A stretch of 64,000 nucleotides of DNA from Ignavibacteriales bacterium (GTDB taxonomy: Bacteria > Bacteroidota > Ignavibacteria > UBA10030 > UBA6906), in contig JBBIRR010000015.1 in assembly GCA_037441705.1 (NCBI GenBank), positions 11,068 through 75,067 on the forward strand, read 5' to 3'. Positions 9,901-19,552 of the stretch are shown one piece after another. The notes beneath the pieces are model-generated. The model saw only the letters and a program-made list of their open reading frames with translations. It did not search any database and had not been told where the DNA came from. Positions within the stretch are counted from its first letter, which is position 1. The number at the start of each line of letters is the position of its first letter. The translations under genes were made by a program, and so were the position numbers.

Positions 9901-9996
9901 GGACGCGGTTGATGTTGAGGAGTAATGGATTTGTGGAGTGCTGGATCGTTGGGCATGGGTGTGTGTTCGCAATCTGGCGAAGAGTATTTTGAAAAG

Positions 9997-11736
9997 ATGG
10001 CTGATCAATCTCAAAAGACTCTGAAAGTCACATACGATCCTCTCACGGAGCTGATGGCGTACTACGCCGACAAGAAGGGCGAGAAGAAGGAAAAAGCCGT
10101 TCGCGCCGGGACGGTTGAAGAACGCCTCAAGAACCGCATCATTGACGGCGACAAGGTACAGATGCAGGCCGACCTTGACGAGGCGCTGAAGAAGTACTCG
10201 GCGTTGGATATCATCAACACGATTCTGCTGGATGGGATGAAGGTGGTCGGCGAGTTGTTCGGCAGCGGACAAATGCAGCTGCCGTTCGTGCTGCAATCCG
10301 CCGAAACCATGAAAGCGGCCGTCGCGTATCTCGAACAGTTCATGGACAAAGCCGACTCTACGAGCAAGGGAACGTTTGTGATCGCAACCGTCAAGGGCGA
10401 CGTTCATGACATCGGCAAGAATCTCGTCGACATCATTCTTACCAACAACGGCTACAAGGTGATCAACCTCGGCATCAAGTGTCCGGTGGAGACAATGCTG
10501 CACGCCGCCGAAGAGCACCGCGCACACGCCATCGGAATGAGCGGCCTGCTCGTCAAATCCACGCTCATCATGAAAGAGAATCTTGAAGTGATGAACGAGC
10601 GCAACGTGACGATTCCTGTGGTGCTGGGTGGTGCCGCCCTCACGCGCCGCTATGTCGAGGAGGACTTACGTTCCATCTACAAGGGCAAGGTCTTCTACGC
10701 CAACGACGCGTTCGATGGACTGCATTTCATGGAGAAGGTCACCACGGGAACACTGGACTATCCGTCATCGGGGGAGGGTAACGAATCTGACGAAGAGAAA
10801 CTAACCGGCGCCGAGGCGAAGATCGCGATGGCGATGAAGCAGGAAGGTTCTGTCTCTCGCGTTCAGCAGCAGAACGCTGCCGACGTCGGAACCGCGGGCC
10901 GTGGCTCGACGCGCGTTTCCGCCGTTCGACGTGATGTTCCCATCCCCAATCCTCCTTTTTGGGGGACGAAAGTCGTTGAGGACATCTCGCTGGACGAGGT
11001 TTTTCGATACGTCAACGATGTTGCCTTGATTCGCGGACAGTGGCAGGTACGCAAAGGGAAGCTGCAGGAAGACGAATACCGAAGGTTGTTGGAGGAAAAA
11101 ATCTATCCCGACTACGAGAATCTGAAATCGAAAATCAAATCCGACAAACTGCTCCGGCCGAAAGTCGTGTACGGCTACTTTCCCTGCCAATCCGACGGCA
11201 ACGATCTCATCATCTATCATGATGATCTGAAACGGGAACGCATGCGGTTCACCTTCCCGCGGCAGCGGGATGATCGCTTCCTCTGTCTCGCCGATTACTT
11301 TGCTTCGGTCGAATCCGGTCGGATGGACGTCGTGGCCTTCCATCTCGTTACCATGGGGACGGTTGCATCCGAACACTCGGCTCGGCTCTTTGCCGCAAAC
11401 AACTACAAGGAGTACCTCTACTTCCACGGACTCAGCGTCGAGTCTGCCGAAGCGCTTGCCGAGCTATGGCACAAAAAGATTCGCGAAGAGCTGGGCATTG
11501 CCGGCAGCGACGCGCAGGACATTCGCCGTCTCTTCTCGCAAGGCTATCAAGGTGCCCGGTATAGTTTCGGGTATCCTGCGTGTCCCAATCTTGAAGATCA
11601 GGCAAAGCTGATGCAGCTTCTTGACGGCGAGCGCATCGGCGTTCGTCTCACGGATGAGTTCCAACTTGTACCTGAACAAAGCACGACGGCGATCATCGTG
11701 CATCATCCGGAAGCACGGTACTTCAACATTCGGTAA
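9997..11736 (+). CDS. metH: B12-dependent methionine synthase, C-terminal half (cap, cobalamin-binding and AdoMet reactivation domains)
   Basis: LLDGMKVVGELFGSG, ATVKGDVHDIGKN, MSGLL, GGAA and RYSFGYPACP. Start could be 9925 or 9997. Confidence 0.93.
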   Translation: MADQSQKTLKVTYDPLTELMAYYADKKGEKKEKAVRAGTVEERLKNRIIDGDKVQMQADLDEALKKYSALDIINTILLDGMKVVGELFGSGQMQLPFVLQSAETMKAAVAYLEQFMDKADSTSKGTFVIATVKGDVHDIGKNLVDIILTNNGYKVINLGIKCPVETMLHAAEEHRAHAIGMSGLLVKSTLIMKENLEVMNERNVTIPVVLGGAALTRRYVEEDLRSIYKGKVFYANDAFDGLHFMEKVTTGTLDYPSSGEGNESDEEKLTGAEAKIAMAMKQEGSVSRVQQQNAADVGTAGRGSTRVSAVRRDVPIPNPPFWGTKVVEDISLDEVFRYVNDVALIRGQWQVRKGKLQEDEYRRLLEEKIYPDYENLKSKIKSDKLLRPKVVYGYFPCQSDGNDLIIYHDDLKRERMRFTFPRQRDDRFLCLADYFASVESGRMDVVAFHLVTMGTVASEHSARLFAANNYKEYLYFHGLSVESAEALAELWHKKIREELGIAGSDAQDIRRLFSQGYQGARYSFGYPACPNLEDQAKLMQLLDGERIGVRLTDEFQLVPEQSTTAIIVHHPEARYFNIR

Positions 11737-11855
11737 CGCCGCCGAAACCGCACAACTGACTTGCCGTACCATGACCGGCACCGATTGTCGTTGCTGCGCG
11801 TCCTTGGTCATCGTCCTTTTCGCAAACCACAAGGTTCACCCATGAGGAGAACAAC

Positions 11856-14282
11856 ATGAAGCCCCTTGCCTTTGTGTTTTTTATGGTTGGATTTGGCTCG
11901 GCTGCACTCGGCCAGACCTTTTCGTCGTATCACTCCACTGCCGATCTGTCGCTCGCATCGCCCGGCGCGCTGCGAGTGGGATTGTACGGGTTTGACAATC
12001 CCGCGATGCTCACGTATCTCCACCAACCGGACGTCGAGTTTATCCTGTCGGATGCCGGCGGCACGTGGAGCGACCTTAACCGGTGGGGGCTGTTTGCGGC
12101 CGTCCCGAATTTCGGATTCGGGCTTGTCAAAACAAAAGTCGGCCCCGTTTCTGTCAACGACTACCGGCTTGCGCTCAGCTTCGGGAACAGAGACCTTGGC
12201 ATAGGCCTCGGCTATGGATTCAGCGGAGGCGATCGCTCGGCGTTGGATCGTCGGAACGTCGTCACACTCGGAGCGCTTCTTCGTCCTGATCAGTACGTCT
12301 CCGTCGGCCTCGTCGGCAACGCCACGACCTCGGGCGGCAGAACGGAGGTTGCCCTCGACCTCGGGATCAGACCGTTGGGAGATGAGATGATAACGCTGTT
12401 CGCCGATTATGCTCTGCAGAATACCCAAACGCTGAAGCAGGGAAGCTGGAGCTACGGCGCCGTCGTCGAAGCCCTGCCCGGCATCCGGCTCACGGGACGA
12501 GTCTTCAACACGCACGCGTTTGCCATCGGTCTCTCACTCAGTTTCGGGAATGCGAACATCGCGGCTCATTCTACATGGGACAGAAACTCGCGGCACGCAT
12601 TCAACACCTACAGCATCCGTCTCGGCGCGTACGACAGAACCGTTCTGACGAGACTTATGAAACGATCGAAGTATCTGGAGATGAATCTGAACGGAGCAAT
12701 GAAGTACCAACGCTTTGTTCTTTTCGATAACGCCAACACCTTGCGGAACACGCTCGACGCCATCACGGCAGCCCAGGCGGATGAGACCGTTGCAGGCATT
12801 GCCATCAACACCTCGGGCATGCAGATCAATCGCGAGATGTTGTGGGAGATGCGAGAGAAGCTTAAGGAGTTCAAAGCATCGGGCAAGAGGGTTGTGGTCT
12901 TCGTGGACCGTCCGTCGTTGGAAGACTATCGCTTTGCGACCGTGGCGGATAAGATCGTTCTTGATCCGACGGGAATCATTACGCTGCCCGGTTATATCGT
13001 GGGCAGCACGTTCCTGAAAGGGACGCTTGAAAAGCTCGGCATCGGATTCGATGAATGGAGGTTCTTCACGTACAAGTCGGCCTACGAGCCGTTCTCGCGC
13101 GATCACATGTCGGATGCGGACAGAGAACAGAAGCAGAAGTTTGTGAACGATCTCTATGCCGGAGCGAGGCAGGACATCTGTGACGGTCGAGGTTTCAGTC
13201 CCGATCGCTTCGATCGCATGGTCGATGATGAAGTGTTGTATCTTCCGCAGGAAGCACGTGCAAAGGGACTCGTCGACACGTTAGGTCGCTGGGAGGAAGT
13301 GAAGGATATGGTGAAGAAGCTCGAAGGAGAGAACAAGAGGATGATCGGAGCCGGCTCGCTCGCGCAATTCAATCTGCCGCCCGACCATCGGTGGGGTGAG
13401 CGCCCTCGCATCGCCGTCATCTACGCGCTGGGAGTGTGTGCGATGGATGAAGGCATCAAAGCCCGATCGCTGGTGAAGGATGTGGAAGCCGCAGCCGAAG
13501 ATCCGGGAATCAGAGCCATCGTGCTGCGCGTGGACTCGCCCGGCGGCGATGGGATGGCCTCCGATTACATTGCCGAAGCACTCAAGAAAGCGCGGAAGAA
13601 GAAGCCGGTCATCGTCTCACAGGGATACGTGGCAGGCTCCGGCGGTTACTGGCTTTCGATGTATGCCGATACCATCGTTGCGGCGCCGAACACGATCACA
13701 GGCTCCATCGGCGTGATCGGCGGCTGGATGTACAACAAGGAAGCAAAAGAAAAGCTGGGCATGAGCACCGATCGTGTGCAGGCCGGCAAGCACGCCGATC
13801 TCGGGTTCGGGTTCCGCCTTCCGTTCCTGGGTGTCGGCCTTCCCGACCGCAATCTCACCGCAGAGGAACGCGCCGTCATTGAACGTTCGATTCGATCCTT
13901 CTATCAATTGTTCGTAGAGAAAGTAGCAGAAGGAAGAAGAACCTCGGCGGACAACATCGAGCCTCTTGCTCAAGGACGATTTTATTCCGGAACGGAGGGC
14001 AAGCAGATCGGGCTGGTTGATGTTCTGGGCGGCATGGACGACGCACTTCGCATCGCGCGGCAGAAAGCAGGCATCAAGGATGAAGAGGAAGTGAGGATTA
14101 TCGAACTGCCGCGTCCCCGGCTCATTGATTGGTCCGGACTTCTTCCGTCGCCTTTGGCAACGACGCAGCCGAGTGCAGCAGACGGGTTTGTGCAGCATCT
14201 CAAATTCCTCTTAGATCATAATGGCCAACCCTTGCCGCTGATGCCGTTGGATGTGCTCGACTTCGACGTTCCGACGGAATGA
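11856..14282 (+). CDS. sppA: Signal peptide peptidase SppA (tandem S49 domains) with N-terminal beta-rich domain
   Basis: Signal peptide, YKSA (catalytic Lys), RVDSPGG, AGSGGY (catalytic Ser) and TGSIGV. Confidence 0.88.
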   Translation: MKPLAFVFFMVGFGSAALGQTFSSYHSTADLSLASPGALRVGLYGFDNPAMLTYLHQPDVEFILSDAGGTWSDLNRWGLFAAVPNFGFGLVKTKVGPVSVNDYRLALSFGNRDLGIGLGYGFSGGDRSALDRRNVVTLGALLRPDQYVSVGLVGNATTSGGRTEVALDLGIRPLGDEMITLFADYALQNTQTLKQGSWSYGAVVEALPGIRLTGRVFNTHAFAIGLSLSFGNANIAAHSTWDRNSRHAFNTYSIRLGAYDRTVLTRLMKRSKYLEMNLNGAMKYQRFVLFDNANTLRNTLDAITAAQADETVAGIAINTSGMQINREMLWEMREKLKEFKASGKRVVVFVDRPSLEDYRFATVADKIVLDPTGIITLPGYIVGSTFLKGTLEKLGIGFDEWRFFTYKSAYEPFSRDHMSDADREQKQKFVNDLYAGARQDICDGRGFSPDRFDRMVDDEVLYLPQEARAKGLVDTLGRWEEVKDMVKKLEGENKRMIGAGSLAQFNLPPDHRWGERPRIAVIYALGVCAMDEGIKARSLVKDVEAAAEDPGIRAIVLRVDSPGGDGMASDYIAEALKKARKKKPVIVSQGYVAGSGGYWLSMYADTIVAAPNTITGSIGVIGGWMYNKEAKEKLGMSTDRVQAGKHADLGFGFRLPFLGVGLPDRNLTAEERAVIERSIRSFYQLFVEKVAEGRRTSADNIEPLAQGRFYSGTEGKQIGLVDVLGGMDDALRIARQKAGIKDEEEVRIIELPRPRLIDWSGLLPSPLATTQPSAADGFVQHLKFLLDHNGQPLPLMPLDVLDFDVPTE

Positions 14283-14462
14283 GACAGAGTTGCTCAGGCG
14301 CGAGCAGAGAACATCTCGGCATGGTGTTTGGGCAGATGCGCGCCCGATGCTGTGGTGACATTCTTCCGTTTTTTCCGTAGCTTGTAGCAGTTTGTTGATG
14401 GGCGGCTCGGCTCGGTAACTCCAACAACCACAACAGATTGCGCTCACACGCTTCTTGAGTCT

Positions 14463-15377
14463 ATGCGCATACTCGTTTTTGGTGCCGATGGTGGAGGAAC
14501 GAAAACGCTCGGCATCCTCGCGGATCAGGAGGGCAAGATTCTTGCTCAAAGAACAGCCGGTGCTTCCAACGTCAATGTTGTGGGGATGGATCGTGCAGCG
14601 CGGACGCTGTACGAGCTGCTGCAGGATTGTTGTTCGGATGCCGGATGTACGATCGCAGAGCTTCGCGCAATTGTGCTGGGGTTGGCGGGAGCCGGACGTG
14701 AGGAGAATCGGAATCGTCTCAGCGAACGGCTCTGCGCACTCGCCGGAAGGCCGCTTCCGCTTCTGATCGAAACCGATGCACGCGTTGCACTCGAAGGCGC
14801 GTTTGATGGTGGACCCGGGGTGGTGATCATCGCCGGCACCGGCTCGATCGTGATGGGCAAGAATGCCGCAGGCGACATTGCTTCGGTCGGCGGGTGGGGC
14901 AGAGTGTTGGGCGATGAAGGAAGCGGCTACTGGTTGGGACGCGAAGCCGTGAGGTCGCTGACCCGCTACTACGACGGCCGCAACGGATCGCCGATGCTGG
15001 CCGAAATGATCGGGAAAGAATTCGGATTGGATTCGCGTGAGCGGATTGTTGCTGCAGCCTATCAAGAAGAGTTCGATTTCGCTGCGCTGGCGCCGGTAGT
15101 GTTGAGAGCAGCAGAGATGAACGACAGCGACGCGATGGAGATTCTTGCCACGGGTGCAAAGGAGCTGGCCGAACAGGTCCGCGCAGTTGTTGAACGCTTC
15201 AGCGAGCGCGTGCCGATTGCGCTGTTAGGATCGCTCCTGGAGAATGAGAACGTCTATTCGAGGATCGTGAAAGCGCGCGTAGCCGAATGCATTCCCTCGG
15301 CTGCGATCTGCATGCCGCTGCATTCGCCCGCCGTGGGGGCAGTGTTGATGGGTATACGGCGACTTCCGAGCTTGTGA
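14463..15377 (+). CDS. BadF/BadG/BcrA/BcrD-type ATPase, N-acetylglucosamine kinase-like
   Basis: DGGGTKT, GLAGAG, IAGTGS and GGWG..LGDEGSGYW. Confidence 0.88.
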   Translation: MRILVFGADGGGTKTLGILADQEGKILAQRTAGASNVNVVGMDRAARTLYELLQDCCSDAGCTIAELRAIVLGLAGAGREENRNRLSERLCALAGRPLPLLIETDARVALEGAFDGGPGVVIIAGTGSIVMGKNAAGDIASVGGWGRVLGDEGSGYWLGREAVRSLTRYYDGRNGSPMLAEMIGKEFGLDSRERIVAAAYQEEFDFAALAPVVLRAAEMNDSDAMEILATGAKELAEQVRAVVERFSERVPIALLGSLLENENVYSRIVKARVAECIPSAAICMPLHSPAVGAVLMGIRRLPSL

Positions 15378-15469
15378 CAGCAGCCCGTCGCAAAGCGAAA
15401 TCGAAGATACGATGACTTATCGACGATCTGAAATCTGAAGTTCCACACAACCACATGAGGTGAACACGT

Positions 15470-17029
15470 ATGGCCATCCCAAGATTCAAGAACGAACCAC
15501 TGACAGATTTCTCCAACGCCAGGAACCGCAAAGCGCAGGAAGCGGCAATCCAAAAAATCCGCAGCGAGATAGGCAAGGAATATCCGCTCGTCATAGGAGG
15601 TGAGCGCATCTTCGCGCAGGAGAAGTTCAATTCCTACAATCCCAGCAAACCGTCGGAAGTTGTCGGCGTGTTCCAGAAGGGAACCGCCGAGCATGCCAAC
15701 AAAGCCATGGAGGTTGCCCTCGCGACGTTCGAAGAATGGAAGAACGTTCCGCCGAAGAAACGCGCGGAGTATCTGTTCAAGGCTGCGAAGGTCATGCGCA
15801 AACGGCGTTTTGAGCTGAACGCGACGATGATTCTTGAGGTCGGCAAGACGTGGCCCGAAGCCGATGCCGACACTGCAGAGGCGATTGATTTTCTGGAGTT
15901 CTACGGACGAGAGATGCTGCGGTACGGTGTGGAGCATCCGGTCGTGAAGATTCCCGGCGAGAAAGGCAAGCTCGTGTATCTTCCGCTGGGCGTTGGCGTC
16001 GTCATTCCGCCGTGGAACTTCGCGCTCGCAATTCTTACGGGCATGACATCTGCCGCGATCGTCACGGGCAACACCGTGGTGCTCAAGCCATCGAGCGATT
16101 CGCCCCTTACGGGATGGCGCTTCGTTGAGGTGATGGAGGAAGTGGGCTTGCCTGCCGGTGTGCTTAACTTCGTGAGCGGTCCCGGCGGTGCCGTCGGCGA
16201 CACGTTAGTGCGCCATCCGAAGACGCGTTTCATCTCCTTCACCGGCTCGAAGGAGGTGGGCATTCACATCAACGAAGAGGCGGCAAAGGTTCGGCCCGGA
16301 CAAATCTGGTTGAAGCGCGTCGTCGCCGAAATGGGCGGCAAGGATTCGATTATTGTGGATGAAGGAGTTGATCTGGATGAGGCCGCGGCCGGCGTTATTG
16401 TTTCGGCGTACGGCTTCCAGGGTCAAAAGTGCTCCGCCTGCTCGCGGGTAATCGTTCATGAAAAAATCTACGATCAGTTTGTGGACCTGCTTGCGAAGAA
16501 GGTCGAATCCATCACGGTCGGCGATGCAGCCGACCCCAGCAACTACATGGGACCCGTGATCAACGCGCGGTCGCAGGAAAGCATTCTCGCGTACATCGAA
16601 AAGGGCATTGCCGAGGGCGGACGGCTCGTTGCCGGCGGAAAGAAAGCAGAAGGCGAGGGCTATTTCATTCGTCCCACCGTGATCGCCGACGTGGACCCGA
16701 AAGCCACAATCGCACAGGAGGAAATCTTCGGTCCCGTATTGGCCGTCATCAAGGCAAAGGATTTCGATGAGGCATTGACGATCGCCAACAACACCGAGTA
16801 TGGACTGACAGGAGCGGTCTACTCGAAGAACAGAAAGCATCTTGCGCAAGCCGAAAAAGAGTTCTTTGTCGGCAACCTTTACCTGAACCGCAAGTGCACA
16901 GGCGCCCTCGTCGGCGTCCATCCCTTCGGCGGATTCAACATGAGCGGCACCGACTCAAAGGCCGGAGGCCGGGACTACCTGCTTCTGTTCATGCAGGCCA
17001 AGTCCATCGCCGAGAAGGTGAAGAAATAG
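15470..17029 (+). CDS. pruA: 1-pyrroline-5-carboxylate dehydrogenase
   Basis: FKNEP start, EAIDFLEFY, PPWNF, FTGS, EMGGK, GQKCSACS and GGFNMSGTDSKAGG. Confidence 0.93.
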   Translation: MAIPRFKNEPLTDFSNARNRKAQEAAIQKIRSEIGKEYPLVIGGERIFAQEKFNSYNPSKPSEVVGVFQKGTAEHANKAMEVALATFEEWKNVPPKKRAEYLFKAAKVMRKRRFELNATMILEVGKTWPEADADTAEAIDFLEFYGREMLRYGVEHPVVKIPGEKGKLVYLPLGVGVVIPPWNFALAILTGMTSAAIVTGNTVVLKPSSDSPLTGWRFVEVMEEVGLPAGVLNFVSGPGGAVGDTLVRHPKTRFISFTGSKEVGIHINEEAAKVRPGQIWLKRVVAEMGGKDSIIVDEGVDLDEAAAGVIVSAYGFQGQKCSACSRVIVHEKIYDQFVDLLAKKVESITVGDAADPSNYMGPVINARSQESILAYIEKGIAEGGRLVAGGKKAEGEGYFIRPTVIADVDPKATIAQEEIFGPVLAVIKAKDFDEALTIANNTEYGLTGAVYSKNRKHLAQAEKEFFVGNLYLNRKCTGALVGVHPFGGFNMSGTDSKAGGRDYLLLFMQAKSIAEKVKK

Positions 17030-17105
17030 GCTCACGGTTTCAGGCTCCGACAACCACAACGTCTGAACCGTCAAACCGATAGGAACCTTAAGCTCGCAAC
17101 ACGAG

Positions 17106-17600
17106 ATGTCTGATCTGATCACATGCTCTAATTGTGGAGGGGAAGTTACTGAGGACAGCGACTTCTGTCCCCACTGCGGCTACATGCTGACGGATGCCCG
17201 GCTGTTCTGTGAGGTTCATCCAACAAACGAAGCATGCGGTGTATGCGTGATCTGCCAGCGGCTGGTGTGCGAGCAATGCAGCGAGGAAAGTGAGCGTCGC
17301 GTCTTTTGTCTGGATCATCTTGAGGTAGCGGTCGACGGCGATTGGGCGGAGGTATTTCGTTCTACCGATATCAATGAGGCTGAACTTGCCCGAGCGTTGT
17401 TGGAGGAATATCGCTTTCATGTGGAAGTGCAGAACTTCGGCTCGATCGGCTACGCATGGGATGGAGGGGGAGACAGTCCGCTTTCACGTGCAAACCTCAA
17501 CAGTCCCGCGAAAGTGTTCGTGCCGCTCACCGAGTATCTGAGCGCGAAGCAGCTGCTCGATGACTGGCGCGCGGGCACGCCGGAGGGAGATTCAATCTGA
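17106..17600 (+). CDS. Zinc-ribbon + B-box-like zinc finger + DUF2007-like protein
   Basis: CSNC..CPHC, then CEVH...[12 protein letters not shown]...CLDH, then W..VF....EAELA..LL and V.VP motifs. Confidence 0.7.
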   Translation: MSDLITCSNCGGEVTEDSDFCPHCGYMLTDARLFCEVHPTNEACGVCVICQRLVCEQCSEESERRVFCLDHLEVAVDGDWAEVFRSTDINEAELARALLEEYRFHVEVQNFGSIGYAWDGGGDSPLSRANLNSPAKVFVPLTEYLSAKQLLDDWRAGTPEGDSI

Positions 17601-17631
17601 CGTTTCTTACCACACATCATCAGGAGTTCCA

Positions 17632-18795
17632 ATGAAAGTTCACGAGTATCAAGGGAAAGAGATTCTTCGCAAATTTCATGTTGCTGTGCCGAAGGGAGCC
17701 GTAGCGTTCACGGCGGATCAAGCCGTGCAGGCGGCGCAGGAGATCGGCGGCAGTGTGTGGGTGGTGAAGGCGCAAATTCACGCGGGGGGACGCGGGAAAG
17801 GAGGCGGCGTGAAGGTCGCGCGATCACTCGACGAAGTTCGGGCGCTCGCTTCGCAGATGCTGGGCATGACGTTGGTGACGCATCAAACCGGACCGGAAGG
17901 GAAAGTTGTCAAGCGCCTCCTCATCGAGCAAGGCGTCAACATTGCGCGCGAGTTGTACGTCGGCGTGACGCTCGATCGCGCCACGTCCAGGAACGTTGTC
18001 ATGGCTTCCACGGAGGGCGGCGTCGAGATCGAGAAGGTGGCTGCTGAGACGCCCGAGAAGATTCTCAAGGAGTTCGTTGATCCTTCTGTCGGCTTCCAAC
18101 CTTTTCAGGCACGCAAACTTGCCTTCGGCTTGGAGCTTTCCGGCGACGCATTCAAGAACTGCGTGAAATTCCTCACCGCGCTGTACAATGCCTATGAGGC
18201 GATGGATTGCTCGCTTGCCGAAATCAACCCGCTCGTTGTAACGACCGAGGGAGACATCCTGGCACTCGATGCCAAAATCAATTTTGACGACAACGGATTG
18301 TATCGTCATCCTGAGCTCACGTCGCTGCGTGATCTGGATGAGGAGGACCCGCTGGAGGTCGAGGCGTCCCGATCCAATCTCAACTACATCAAACTCGACG
18401 GCAATGTCGGTTGCATGGTCAACGGGGCCGGACTGGCCATGGCGACGATGGACATCATCAAGCTGGCGGGCGGCGAGCCTGCCAACTTCCTTGACGTGGG
18501 CGGCACGGCAAGTGCCGAAACCGTGGAGGCCGGATTCAAAATCATTCTGGCCGACAAGCATGTGAAGGCCGTTCTCATCAACATCTTCGGCGGGATCGTT
18601 CGCTGCGACCGCGTTGCGACAGGCGTGGTAGAAGCGGCGAAGAAAGTTCATGTCAATCTTCCGGTCGTTGTGCGCCTTGCCGGCACCAACGCCGACCTCG
18701 CCGCCGATATCCTTGCCAGGTCCGGGATGAACTTTCTTGTGGCGAAAAACCTGAAGGATGCGGCAGAGAAAGTCACACAGGCCATCAGAAACTGA
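17632..18795 (+). CDS. sucC: Succinyl-CoA synthetase beta subunit
   Basis: [43 protein letters not shown] and [18 protein letters not shown]. Confidence 0.97.
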   Translation: MKVHEYQGKEILRKFHVAVPKGAVAFTADQAVQAAQEIGGSVWVVKAQIHAGGRGKGGGVKVARSLDEVRALASQMLGMTLVTHQTGPEGKVVKRLLIEQGVNIARELYVGVTLDRATSRNVVMASTEGGVEIEKVAAETPEKILKEFVDPSVGFQPFQARKLAFGLELSGDAFKNCVKFLTALYNAYEAMDCSLAEINPLVVTTEGDILALDAKINFDDNGLYRHPELTSLRDLDEEDPLEVEASRSNLNYIKLDGNVGCMVNGAGLAMATMDIIKLAGGEPANFLDVGGTASAETVEAGFKIILADKHVKAVLINIFGGIVRCDRVATGVVEAAKKVHVNLPVVVRLAGTNADLAADILARSGMNFLVAKNLKDAAEKVTQAIRN

Positions 18796-18852
18796 CGTGC
18801 TGCGTTCGGAGCCGTCCGCAGCGCGTAATGCACTTCACAGAAGGATCGAAGC

Positions 18853-19386
18853 ATGAAACCCGTTACAACTGTTGACGACATTCAGGATGCCTACGTCAAG
18901 CGGATGGTGTCGAACGTGATCGGGCAGGATCCGCTGGAGGTTCTTGCACGAACGCCGAAACGCCTGCGCAAGCTTGTGAAGGGGTTGAAGAAGAAGCAAC
19001 TGCGCGCTCAGCCGGTGCCGGGGAAGTGGTCCATCGCGCAGATCGTCACGCATCTGGCCGATACGGAGATTGTGTTAGCATTTCGCCTGCGGATGACGTT
19101 GGCTCAGTCCGGGAGCCGGCTGCAGGCGATGGATCAAGACAAGTGGGCGGCGGGCCTGAACTACGCCGACGCTGATGTTGACGAACAGGTGGAGCTGTTC
19201 TCGACGCTCCGACGAAGTCACCTCGCCCTGTGGAACTCGCTGCGTGATGAGGATTGGCACAAATACGGCATGCATGAAGAGCGCGGGAAGGAAACCGTCG
19301 AGCGCATCACGCAGCACTTCGCAGGCCACGACATCAATCACCTGAATCAGATTGAGACGATTCGAAAATCCTTCAAGAAGAAATAA
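18853..19386 (+). CDS. DinB/YfiT family protein
   Basis: GKWSIAQIVTHLADTE and HFAGHDINH metal-binding histidines. Confidence 0.88.
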   Translation: MKPVTTVDDIQDAYVKRMVSNVIGQDPLEVLARTPKRLRKLVKGLKKKQLRAQPVPGKWSIAQIVTHLADTEIVLAFRLRMTLAQSGSRLQAMDQDKWAAGLNYADADVDEQVELFSTLRRSHLALWNSLRDEDWHKYGMHEERGKETVERITQHFAGHDINHLNQIETIRKSFKKK

Positions 19387-19552
19387 TGGAAACAGTGAAG
19401 AGAGAAATCGTCGCGAGGCATTGCACGGCTGATGAGCGGACACTCTTGATGAGGAGATGCGCGATATGAGAACGATAGTACGGCAGGAACAATCCGCAAT
19501 GCATGCCTCGCAAGGAAGTGGTCATAGACGTTCGGATAGTTCAAATCCCTGA

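Noticed and set aside
9898-9918. Selenocysteine or TGA readthrough joining the metH halves
   Set aside because: It would need three TGA readthroughs in a non-conserved linker. TGA is a normal stop elsewhere in the window, and no SECIS-like hairpin is evident.
1-17029. Proline-utilisation cluster (DadA-like, Xaa-Pro peptidase, P5C dehydrogenase)
   Set aside because: The genes are separated by many unrelated loci, and substrate specificity cannot be read from the sequence.
19386-19552. CTGATGAG (hammerhead-like core), a 9-bp inverted repeat and a 27-codon ORF between dinB and gatB
   Set aside because: No correctly placed GAAA and stems I/III could be built for a hammerhead, and the ORF has no recognisable features.
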